Source of the DNA: an uncultured archaeon
GTDB taxonomy: Archaea > Thermoproteota > EX4484-205 > JAAOZP01
Direction: 5' to 3'
Assembly: GCA_938045545.1 (NCBI GenBank)
Contig: CALIBN010000012.1
Location: 64,001 to 128,000 of the forward strand
DNA length: 64,000 bases
Shown: piece by piece, positions 51,601 through 59,410 of the stretch
Layout of the letters: every line of letters begins with the position of its first letter
Numbering within the stretch: the first letter of the stretch is position 1
Program-made: the position numbers and the translations under genes
Notes under the pieces: generated by a model
Seen by the model: the letters and a program-made list of their open reading frames with translations, nothing else
What the model was told of the DNA's origin: nothing
Databases searched by the model: none

Positions 51601-51703
51601 GGAGGCAATAGGCGGTGAAGAGATAAAGAGAATGAGGATTCCTAGGAAAAGCGGGAAAACTGCGGAAAATAAAGAACTTTCGTCTCTCAAAGAATGGTTT
51701 TAG
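48668..51703 (+). CDS. Type IIG restriction endonuclease/N6-methyltransferase fusion
   Basis: ADLV..VIECK nuclease motif, GQFYTP, LDPAVGSGTF, NPPY, C-terminal TRD-like LLAYLNS. Confidence 0.92.
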   Translation: MLRGVIREAKVEEELFRIFKNVLEKKNREIEGVFFHDLEPQYPVDSGEADLVLFTDRPRKPILVIECKRKDLKTRREIRSIDPMSPKVIDQALFYATKIGAPLFSTTNGRVFTLFIKPKPDEPFSIERHRLLIKEIELREESIEEILGLVAKWKAGVPVTRTAIDWTFIIRLRSFVEWLSEQLLPAIEKKAKQKGEFAAKLKEHEDKLGKISSEIFAREAAYLLMNKIVFYKILERHYPLEELKGIVASNSESYMNALKEYFNKAIEVTDDFEPIFSTGVYDYVPMPDEEWVLEEINAFIEDMGKYRLEEIGSDVVGFIYENLIPPAERHSLGQFYTPPPIAELIVKWAVRSPEDKILDPAVGSGTFLIKAYQRLKELKKEPSHEEILKQIYALDINPFPAHLTAMNLAMRDVKHPVSEMNILVRDFFQLMYGQKYFVAYSVKTPRGERERKISIPLFDAIVANPPYTRWTEIPEKTRMLIGETIGETLKKYNLTARVRQGIEPGIYMHFIMWGLNFLREGGRLGMIISDSWLQTDYGVDFGKFLLDNFKVKALIDISSRVFPVPLIGTCIILLEKCSRKEEREENKAVFMYLNIEKEGSLQVEEILDAIERPEHYEEKYMVKVVKQSEISRDQKWINIIFDTEGILEKLGEKTTSMKEYFELSRGNSLWSIWSMKHGRRPDVGAKDFFYLNEGKVKQWGLEDYAYPALTSSRYAANFTFTKKDWEELRERGADCYLFICHKKRNELPSNARDYIKWGETECRTQIRGTRGGGKICSEALACQEREKLARRPKGERLFYGWYDLGGVEKASIMAVRQSRYKTRFILCQYPIVTYDAIITFIPKVRLSESQLKALLAYLNSSVVQLYIESTGRTTGAVGPIGLEVKHAQEIPVIDVNSLDKKDLERLSNLFEKLEKKARELGGADKQENVENLWDSVVAEIDEEVARILQFPKRLARDSRVLAKAMMGRRLSRTVEVAPEAIGGEEIKRMRIPRKSGKTAENKELSSLKEWF

Positions 51704-52040
51704 CACATGCTAAAAAGCAGGAGTTAATTATAATGGCCTGAACCATCCCCTGCTAATGATGCATATATACCGTTGGCATTCCATGATTGACCCATAAAGT
51801 CCAGTCTGACTGCTGATGTCCTTAGAGTAATCAAATGAAAGAAGGAAAGGAGGAACCGGAGAGACCTAGAGGGGGAAATGGTCCTGACCCAAAAAGCTTT
51901 AGCCGGGATGTGCTTGGCCTTAGGGGATTCTAGATGGCCCATGAGAATAGGCATGCATAGTAAGCCTGTATGAGGGGCCTTCCATGGCTAACTATTGGCT
52001 TTGTGGGAAGCCCACCGTTATAGCATGCTCATTCCTTCTT

Positions 52041-52106
52041 CACGTTCTCGAAACGTCGAAAACGATGGAGAACGAGACTAAAACGTTGCAGAACGATGAA
52101 AACGTT
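52041..52106 (+). repeat. Helically phased AACG array
   Basis: AACG at 52052, 52061, 52071, 52082, 52092 and 52101 (spacing 9,10,11,10,9). Confidence 0.7.
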
Positions 52107-52136
52107 AAAAATACTTAGCGTCTCTCTGTTGGAGAA

Positions 52137-52850
52137 GTGTCGATGAAACACCAAATAGTCCAATTCGTCCAGGAGTTCCATAAGCAAAATGGCAGGGCTC
52201 CGAGCGTCAATGAGATTCTTAAACACTTTAAGAATAATGGGTTATGCTCCTCCACCTTTTACCAATTTTTCCCAAAAGGCTTAAAAGAACTTTGTAGCCT
52301 CGCCGGTATTCCAGTTCCGGTTGAACGCATTCGAAAAACAGCGAAAGCCACAGCAGCCCTCAGAGAGGGTAGAAAGGGGGATGTGCATCGAGAAACAGCC
52401 TTGAGCCGCCTAATTCTGACGGAGGAGCAGACAAAGAGGCTCCTCGGCCTAAGCCACTTGGAGGGAGGAAGGGACCCGCTTCTGATAATGGACCAGTTGC
52501 TGGATTTGGACACTGTGTTGAGGAAAGAGTTTAAACTTACACTTGAGGATATCGCTCGCGTAGCTGTTTTCCTAAAGTACGCTGTGTCCATCGGCTGGAG
52601 GATCAAGCAGGATCCAGACCTGCTCGATTGCCTGACGAGAGCCTGGAATCTAGGGCTGCTTGGGCTCGAGCCCAGGGCCGTGCAGTACCTCGTCGAAGTC
52701 CTAGAGGATGCTCAGGCAAGGGGATGGAAGCCGAATGAGTTCGCTAATTATGTTACCAAGTTCTATAATGGAATTCTGGCTTACATCATGTACGAGAAGG
52801 GTTTAATATGCTTCGAAGAATTCAGGAGGAGGGTCGAAACTCATGTCTAA
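52137..52850 (+). CDS. Hypothetical protein with LexA-like N-terminal wHTH
   Basis: QIVQFVQEFHKQNGRAPSVNEI. Confidence 0.7.
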   Translation: MSMKHQIVQFVQEFHKQNGRAPSVNEILKHFKNNGLCSSTFYQFFPKGLKELCSLAGIPVPVERIRKTAKATAALREGRKGDVHRETALSRLILTEEQTKRLLGLSHLEGGRDPLLIMDQLLDLDTVLRKEFKLTLEDIARVAVFLKYAVSIGWRIKQDPDLLDCLTRAWNLGLLGLEPRAVQYLVEVLEDAQARGWKPNEFANYVTKFYNGILAYIMYEKGLICFEEFRRRVETHV

Positions 52851-53493
52851 GCCTGACGGCCTAGCTGAGTTCCTACTCAAAAGAGCTGAGCAGGTTGAGG
52901 CAGAGAGGAGGGCTGAGGCTGAAAGACAAGCAGCGATAATGGCACATAAGATATGGCTTCACCACCAGGCTGCAAACAGGGCTAGGAAGGAGCTTGAGGA
53001 ATACCGGAAGCTCCTTAACGATTCCAGGGGCCTCATATCCTCACGAGATATCAAGGCCAATGAGATTCTCATAGAAGAGCTCCAGGGCAGGCTAATGTCC
53101 GATCCGGAGGGGGCTGAGGAGGAAGCGAGGATCTATCGAAAGTTCCTGGAGGCTAACGTCAAGAGAATCAGGAGGGCTGGGGAGAATAAGAGGGGGAGGG
53201 CACTCGAACGTAAAAGTGATGAGGCGATGCTCCATTCTCTCAGGTACGTAGCGGGGCTGAACGAACTATCGAAGAGCATTGATGAGCTATGTAACAAATG
53301 GCTTTCAATAAGCAGGGACAATTCTCAGGCGGGGAGGCTTTATGTCCTGTTGCTCAGACATATGGGGTTCAACGTCAACAGCCTTTCAGAAGCGAGGAGT
53401 GTCTTAAAGAAAGAGCTAAGGGAAGCGTTTGAGAAGAGGCTTACGGAGAAGATAAAAGCCTTCCATGAGTCCGGAGGTTTTAGCACCTGCTAA
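52843..53493 (+). CDS. Hypothetical coiled-coil protein
   Basis: E/R/A-rich helices; overlaps the upstream gene. Confidence 0.7.
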   Translation: MSKPDGLAEFLLKRAEQVEAERRAEAERQAAIMAHKIWLHHQAANRARKELEEYRKLLNDSRGLISSRDIKANEILIEELQGRLMSDPEGAEEEARIYRKFLEANVKRIRRAGENKRGRALERKSDEAMLHSLRYVAGLNELSKSIDELCNKWLSISRDNSQAGRLYVLLLRHMGFNVNSLSEARSVLKKELREAFEKRLTEKIKAFHESGGFSTC

Positions 53494-53749
53494 ATCTGAG
53501 AAGACATTTATCAGGTTGAGTTGCTCTAGCTAAAGTTCTCCTAAGCCGAGAAGAAGGGTTATTTTCCAGGTTAGAATGCCTTTTCCCTTAGGCCTGTTCT
53601 TCCATGTTAAAATCCATATCTTGCTCGATTTTTCGCATGAATCATGAAATGACTTTTGCAGTTAAAACATGTCATATGTTTTTCTATATAAATTTTTCTG
53701 TTGATAAGATTAAATATTTATCTTTAGAGTTAATCAAAGTTAACTTTAA

Positions 53750-53773
53750 AAATTTAGTGTATACACTAAATTT
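53750..53773. repeat. Perfect 24-bp palindrome in an AT-rich intergenic region
   Basis: AAATTTAGTGTATACACTAAATTT. Confidence 0.85.
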
Positions 53774-53853
53774 AGAAGAAACCAAATAGTTAGCTTTAAA
53801 TATCGGTGATAAAAAAGTACGACTAATATGAAAAAACTTAAAAGTACGCTTAC

Positions 53854-54093
53854 ATGCAAAGTATCATAATGAGTAAAGTGAAGGTAGTTAAGGTTTCAAG
53901 TAACGGTACAACAAGCCTAGTTTACATTCCGAAGAAATTTGCGAAAGAATTGGAAATTAAAAAAGGTAATTACATCAAGATGATTTTAGCAGGTGGGCAA
54001 ATCATTATTCAGCCACTCGACCTCGGCTATGAATGCGGGCCCGGTCGAGTGGGCAGGCCCTCCAGCAGGAGTGAACCTGCAAATGAAGGATGA
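53854..54093 (+). CDS. AbrB/MazE/SpoVT-family DNA-binding protein
   Basis: KVVKV..SLVYIPKKFAKELEIKKGNYI..IIIQPL. Confidence 0.85.
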   Translation: MQSIIMSKVKVVKVSSNGTTSLVYIPKKFAKELEIKKGNYIKMILAGGQIIIQPLDLGYECGPGRVGRPSSRSEPANEG

Positions 54094-56077
54094 GGAGGAT
54101 GTACTACTTAAACATTTCTCCAGCAATGTTAAGAAGGCCCAAGAGTTCGTGGTGAGAGAAATAGAAAAGGAAGAAAGCAAAGAAAACAAGAAGACGATTA
54201 AAACTATCTTTGAAGATCTGAACGATTTCATCGTCCAAGAGATTTGGAGCAATGGGCCAAAGCTTCTAATCTGGGATAAGAGGGATGGGAAGGTTAATGT
54301 TTGTGAAGAATTCGAATGGGGAAATATCGTTTACAAGCCTCATAACATACCGATCGGGAGGAAAGGCAGACCACTTGTTACTTTGGCGTCAAAACCCATA
54401 CCTTATAGAAACGAGAAAGACCTGCTTGAAAGGATCAGAGAGTTCATTGATCGCTATTCGGATTTAGAGCCATGGGCTTTAGAATTTACATCGAGGTTCG
54501 TCATGCATAGCTGGGTTTATGACATGGGAGATTATGCAATCCAATTATGGATAAAGGGGCTCACGGGCTCAGGTAAAACGAGGTTTCTTAAGCTTCTCGC
54601 CCTGCTCTGCTATAATGCCCTTTATGTCGGTGGTAATGCAAGTTTCTCGGCCTATAAAAGGCTAATCTCGAAATATAGGGGCACGTTGTTGATCAACGAG
54701 TTCGAGCTAAAGGATGAAGATGACTCCAACGAGGTCATAATTTGGCTCAACAATGGATTCGAAAAGGATAATGAATTTCCATTAAGCAGAAAAAACCAAC
54801 CTGAGAAACAAGATTTTTTCGACCCTTTTGGTCCTAAGGTGATAGCATCCAGAAGCCTGATCTCAAACCCCGCCACTCTTTCGAGGATGGTCGTTATTGA
54901 GATGCATAAGACATCGAGAAAAGACATTCCTATCAAATTGCCTGCTGAAGCCTATCGTGAAGCTGAAGAGATTAGAAACATGCTCCTATTCTTCAGGCTT
55001 AAACACTACAAGAGTGATTATGCGTTACGCTCTGATCTCGATGAGAGGCTTAGAAACGATGAGGTTATCGATGGACGCTTTAAGCAACAGGCTTACCCCA
55101 TGCTCGAGCTCTATGAGATAGCAGGTCTAGATGTCAACGAGGTTTTCAACTTCTATAGGAAGCTCACCCTGGACTTTAAGAAGAGGCAGGCGGAGTCAAC
55201 GCCTGAAGGCGTGATCTTCCATGCGATCATGGAGTTATGCAGCCTCCAAGATTGTAACAACCCCGATTTCTCAGGCCACATCGTTAAGGAGGAGGTAAAG
55301 GATGAAACCGGCCAGGAGAAAAAGGTCTATGGATTGGTGGGCATAACAACCAGGCTTTTGGAAGACAAAACTGGCTTCTCGAAGTATACCATAACAAAGG
55401 CCTTAAGCCACATAGGGATGGTTCAAGAGAGGAGGAAGACGAAGGTTATAATCTATGACCTCAGAGGAGATTTTACCGAACGAACTAGATATTTAAGACT
55501 CTGGAAGTTTAAGAGTGAAAGAACTTGGAAGGAGGCCCTCGACCAATACTATGTGGGGGATGTGTCCCTAGCGAGTGGCACCACCGACACCTTTGACACC
55601 TTGCCCATTCCGGAGATTCTAAAAAGTAGGGACTTTAACTCTGAAAAGATGCCAGAAAATGTCCTTTTAAATAGCACAAACAATGTGGAAAATGCCAATA
55701 AAAAGTCATCTTTCTTCGAGAGCCCTGACCTGGAGAAAGATGTCCAGGTGGCGAAGGTGCCAGAGGTGCCACTTGATGGAGACACATATGTTCCCGAGCA
55801 GGAGGGCAAGGCTGAACTCCAGAGTTTAAGTCCCTCTTTTGAGAATCTAATTATCAGGTCTGGAAGCTACATCCGAAAATCTCTTAAAGATTTCTCCAAG
55901 TACCATTACGCTGAGCTGGTTTGTCAGATTTGTAACTCTATCGACGAAGTCTTCGCCAGAAAAGTTAGCGATACCCAAATAGCTTACCTGTGCGATGAGT
56001 GTGTGAAGAAGGCCTCTGACCTGAGGATCAGCCTCGAGGAACTTCTCGAAAAGAGTCAAAGAGGCGAAGCGGCCTAA
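54083..56077 (+). CDS. P-loop ATPase, probable replication helicase, with C-terminal CxxC-CxxC
   Basis: GLTGSGKTR, GTLLINE, FGPKVIAS, TLSR; CQIC..CDEC; GGAGTGA SD before ATG 54083. Confidence 0.8.
   Translation: MKDEEDVLLKHFSSNVKKAQEFVVREIEKEESKENKKTIKTIFEDLNDFIVQEIWSNGPKLLIWDKRDGKVNVCEEFEWGNIVYKPHNIPIGRKGRPLVTLASKPIPYRNEKDLLERIREFIDRYSDLEPWALEFTSRFVMHSWVYDMGDYAIQLWIKGLTGSGKTRFLKLLALLCYNALYVGGNASFSAYKRLISKYRGTLLINEFELKDEDDSNEVIIWLNNGFEKDNEFPLSRKNQPEKQDFFDPFGPKVIASRSLISNPATLSRMVVIEMHKTSRKDIPIKLPAEAYREAEEIRNMLLFFRLKHYKSDYALRSDLDERLRNDEVIDGRFKQQAYPMLELYEIAGLDVNEVFNFYRKLTLDFKKRQAESTPEGVIFHAIMELCSLQDCNNPDFSGHIVKEEVKDETGQEKKVYGLVGITTRLLEDKTGFSKYTITKALSHIGMVQERRKTKVIIYDLRGDFTERTRYLRLWKFKSERTWKEALDQYYVGDVSLASGTTDTFDTLPIPEILKSRDFNSEKMPENVLLNSTNNVENANKKSSFFESPDLEKDVQVAKVPEVPLDGDTYVPEQEGKAELQSLSPSFENLIIRSGSYIRKSLKDFSKYHYAELVCQICNSIDEVFARKVSDTQIAYLCDECVKKASDLRISLEELLEKSQRGEAA
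55560..55787. repeat. Intragenic inverted iteron array (putative origin)
   Basis: 42-bp arms at 55560-55601 and 55746-55787, each with three 9-bp-period GRCACCT-like units, around an AT-rich spacer. Confidence 0.75.
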
Positions 56078-56080
56078 GCC

Positions 56081-57430
56081 TTGATCTTAAGCTGTCCCTA
56101 TTGCGGTTCTTCGAAACTATTTAAAGCAGGTTTTAGAAAAACGAAGAGTGGCGAGAAGATCCAACGCTACTTATGTAGAAGCTGCTTTCGAAGGTTTGGC
56201 CTTCCTGGAAACCCTGAGGTAAAGCTCAACGTCTCCAGGGGGCTCGTCGAAGACTCTAAAGTTGTAAAGCAGCCTCCTGATGCTCCCTCTGTCGTAGGGC
56301 CTGCCCTCGAGCCAAGCCCTGAGGACTCTACGCTCCCTCTCGCTAAAGATCCTGGTGTGCATAGTACACGAATCTCGAGACAAGGGTTTTATAGTTTGCG
56401 TCTCGAAGCTAAGGACAGCAGGAGGGCAGGGAGTGAAAAGCATCCTCCTGCAGAAGGTGAAATGGATAACATGAGCAACCCTGAAGGGGTTGTGAAGAGC
56501 ATCCTGGTCCAGCGACCGGGGGCTGGGCAGGATGACAAGAAAGAGGAGCTCGAGGGCAAGCTCATAAGCTTCGCATGGTGGCTTAAGAAACAGGGACTGC
56601 GTGAGTCCACGGTAAAGCAGTATTGCAAAATACTCCGCCAGCTTGTTAAGAGCAGTGTCAACTTAGATGATCCTGAAGCGGTAAAGGAGGCTTTAGCAAG
56701 GAATGGTAGAAGCGAAAGGTGGAAGGCTCTGATAGTGCATGCCTACTCCGCATACTTAAAGATGAAGGGAAAGCACTGGGATCCCCCACGGTTCGATGTG
56801 GTTAGAAAGATTCCCTTCATACCCTTGGAGAGCGAGATCGATGCACTGATAGCCGGTTGCGGACCTAAGACTGCAGCACTGCTCCAATTGCTTAAGGAAA
56901 CCGGCATGAGGATAGGCGAGGCGTTGAGGCTGACCTGGAAGGATGTGGACCTCGAGAGAAGAGTCATAATCTTTAACGAGCCGGAGAAAAACAGCAATCC
57001 GAGAATCTTTAAAATCAGCCCCAGGCTTATCAGCATGTTGAGCATGCTTCCGAGAAACGGAGTGAGGGTGTTTCCAACGAGCTATCACAGCGTTAAAAAC
57101 AACTTTAAGCATTCTCGGAGACGCTTGGCGGAGAGACTTAATAATCCCAGACTTCTAAACATTAGTTTCCACACCTTCAGGCACTGGAAGGCCACCATGG
57201 AGTACCACAAAACAAAGGATTTGTTGCATGTCAAGGAGCTGCTCGGACATAAGAATGTAGACAACACGATGGTTTACATTCAGATCGAAAGGGCTCTTTT
57301 CAACGAGACGGATGCCGAGTTCACAGTTAGGATCGCTAAGACTCCTGACGAGATTAAAGAGCTTCTGGAAGCTGGTTTTGAGTATGTTTGCGAGAAGGAT
57401 GGCTTCCTCTTCTTCAGGAGGAGGAAATGA
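56081..57430 (+). CDS. Tyrosine integrase with N-terminal zinc ribbon; alternative start ATG 56462
   Basis: CPYC..CRSC; ETGMRIGE, K, HTFRH, LLGHK, TMVY. Confidence 0.95.
   Translation: MILSCPYCGSSKLFKAGFRKTKSGEKIQRYLCRSCFRRFGLPGNPEVKLNVSRGLVEDSKVVKQPPDAPSVVGPALEPSPEDSTLPLAKDPGVHSTRISRQGFYSLRLEAKDSRRAGSEKHPPAEGEMDNMSNPEGVVKSILVQRPGAGQDDKKEELEGKLISFAWWLKKQGLRESTVKQYCKILRQLVKSSVNLDDPEAVKEALARNGRSERWKALIVHAYSAYLKMKGKHWDPPRFDVVRKIPFIPLESEIDALIAGCGPKTAALLQLLKETGMRIGEALRLTWKDVDLERRVIIFNEPEKNSNPRIFKISPRLISMLSMLPRNGVRVFPTSYHSVKNNFKHSRRRLAERLNNPRLLNISFHTFRHWKATMEYHKTKDLLHVKELLGHKNVDNTMVYIQIERALFNETDAEFTVRIAKTPDEIKELLEAGFEYVCEKDGFLFFRRRK
56171..56362 (-). CDS. 63-aa antisense protein nested in the integrase N-terminal linker
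   Basis: MHTRIFSERERRVLRAWLEG..; TATAAAA 25-31 bp upstream (56393-56387). Confidence 0.6.
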   Translation of the reverse strand: MHTRIFSERERRVLRAWLEGRPYDRGSIRRLLYNFRVFDEPPGDVELYLRVSRKAKPSKAAST

Positions 57431-59343
57431 GAATGTCCGGAAATAGTCTAAAAACTCCGAAAATAAGTCTTTCCAGCATCGACTACCGGGTGCTCTCCAA
57501 GGAGCTTTCTAAAGAGCTGCAGGGAGCATGGGTTGACAACGTGTACAAACATCCTGATTACGGATACTATCTGATGGTTTTCAGAAGCAGCGGGATTGTC
57601 AAGAAGCTAGTCATAATACCTGGGGAATCATTGTTTCTAACTCGCCGAGATTATCCTGTCCCGAGTACTCCCGAGGGCAGCGTATTGCAGCTGAGGAGAA
57701 TAGTCTGCAACCTTAGGGTTGAGAGCGTGGAGCAGCATGACTTTGACAGGATTATAATCATGAGTCTTTCCAGAGGAGGGTTTAAAACCAGGCTTATCGT
57801 GGAGGGATTGAAACGAGGCGTGATCGCCCTTGTATCTGAAGACTGGCGTATCCTCTTCACTTCTCAAAGAATCGAGATGGTAGCCAGATCGCTCAGAGAG
57901 GGGGAGAAATACGTTTTCCCACCGTCAAACATTTTCGACCCCATGTGCATCCCGGGAAGCCTGGAAGCCCTGCAGAAGTATTCCTCGGAAAAGCTTGGCA
58001 GGCTGATAGCTGGTAGGCTTGGCTTCGGGTCTAAAACAATGAGTGAGATATGCAGAAGGATAGGGCTTGATCCTGACTCAAGCGTTGAAGGAAAGATCCC
58101 TATCGTAATCGAGACCATACGTATGCTCATCAAGGAGGCTGAAGAGTCTCCGAAGCCGCGGATCTACTATCGCGAGGGACGACCGGTCGATGTGTCTGCG
58201 ATAAGGCTTCTCTCCTTGGAGAACATGGAGCAGAAGGAGGTTGAAACCGTTTCAGAGGCTTTGGATGAATACTATGCTACACTCGGGTTTGAGGCTGCTG
58301 GTGATGAAAAATCATCATTAGAGCTGAGTAGGCTGGTTAGAATAAGAGAGAACCTTGCTTCCGAAGTAGAGGCGTTGAGGAATAAGGCTAGGATGATCAT
58401 GGAGAACCTTGCGGTCTTTCAGGCAGTTTTAGACGCTGTAAGGAATAAAGTGGAAGCGCCAGCTGGTTTCAAGATTCTTGAAACCGACTACGGGAGGAGA
58501 ACTGTTAAAGTATTGTTCAACGATTCAGAGTTGAAGCTTAGCTTGGATTCCTCGGCGGCGTCAAACGCCTCCAGCATGTTTGAGGAGGCTAAGAAAATCG
58601 AGAAGCATCTTTCCGAGATTGATGGCAAGATTCTTCTGCTTAAGGAGAAGGCTTCTGCCGAAAGCAGGAGAATGGTTCCTGGGAAGAGGGTTGAAAGAAA
58701 ATGGTTTGAAAAGTTCCGATGGAACGTATCGGTTAACGGAAACTTGATTCTGGCCGGTAGAGACGCTGGGACGAACGAGCTTCTCGTCAAGAAGTATGTT
58801 TCAGATAGAAGCGTGGTGTTTCACGCGGACTTCATAGGAGCACCGTTCGTAACCATACATAATGTTGAAAACCCTTCAGAGGAGGAGCTTGAGGAGGCTG
58901 CGCTCATGGCGGCATGCTACACTGCAAGAGCTTGGGAGAACAAGTATGCTTCCCTAGACGTCTACTGGGTCAGGGGAAGCCAAGTCGGCAAGCAGGCCCC
59001 CCCAGGCCAGTACCTACCCAAGGGAGCGTTCATGATAAGGGGGGAGAAGAACTTCATTAGAAATGTTGAGCTTAAGCTTTGGATCGGAGTTTCAGATAAT
59101 GGCGAAGTGGCTTACGGGAGTCTAAGCAAGGTAAAGGCAAGGTGTAGAAAGTATGCAGTAATCCTTCCTGGAGACAAGGATAAGAATCATGAAGCTGCTT
59201 TACTCGCAAGGAAGTTTCTTAAAGACATGTCTCTTCCCCGTGAAGCATTGCCAGAGCTGCTTGAGAGGATTCGAAGCATTATTCCAGGGCGACACTGTGA
59301 AGCTCGCTACATGCCGCCCATTCCTCCGGGGCAAGGGAAATAG
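57427..59343 (+). CDS. rqcH: Ribosome quality control factor Rqc2/RqcH (NEMF family) with element-derived N-terminus
   Basis: LSSID, VEQHDFDRII, KWFEKFRW, GRDA..NE, FHAD, YLPKGAFMIRG. Confidence 0.93.
   Translation: MRMSGNSLKTPKISLSSIDYRVLSKELSKELQGAWVDNVYKHPDYGYYLMVFRSSGIVKKLVIIPGESLFLTRRDYPVPSTPEGSVLQLRRIVCNLRVESVEQHDFDRIIIMSLSRGGFKTRLIVEGLKRGVIALVSEDWRILFTSQRIEMVARSLREGEKYVFPPSNIFDPMCIPGSLEALQKYSSEKLGRLIAGRLGFGSKTMSEICRRIGLDPDSSVEGKIPIVIETIRMLIKEAEESPKPRIYYREGRPVDVSAIRLLSLENMEQKEVETVSEALDEYYATLGFEAAGDEKSSLELSRLVRIRENLASEVEALRNKARMIMENLAVFQAVLDAVRNKVEAPAGFKILETDYGRRTVKVLFNDSELKLSLDSSAASNASSMFEEAKKIEKHLSEIDGKILLLKEKASAESRRMVPGKRVERKWFEKFRWNVSVNGNLILAGRDAGTNELLVKKYVSDRSVVFHADFIGAPFVTIHNVENPSEEELEEAALMAACYTARAWENKYASLDVYWVRGSQVGKQAPPGQYLPKGAFMIRGEKNFIRNVELKLWIGVSDNGEVAYGSLSKVKARCRKYAVILPGDKDKNHEAALLARKFLKDMSLPREALPELLERIRSIIPGRHCEARYMPPIPPGQGK
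57457..57473 (+). repeat. attR core CCGAAAATAAGTCTTTC
   Basis: Identical to 46611-46627; 26 bp after the integrase stop. Confidence 0.9.
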
Positions 59344-59410
59344 AGATCCTTACGTCTAGTCTAAAAGGATTAATGCTTAAAAAGGAGGACGCATTTAGGA
59401 AAAAGCCGGG

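Larger units (their letters stand above)
46611..57473. mobile_element. Integrative element (about 10.8 kb) inserted in the 5' end of rqc2
   Basis: 17-bp direct repeat at both ends, terminal tyrosine integrase, replication-like ATPase, RM cargo. Confidence 0.9.

Noticed and set aside
57388-57426. Rqc2 start at 57388
   Set aside because: It lies inside the integrase; the strong SD points to ATG 57427 or 57433.
56081-57430. SSV/pNOB8-type integration into a tRNA or a split integrase
   Set aside because: The integrase is intact, the att core is outside it, and no tRNA lies at either boundary.
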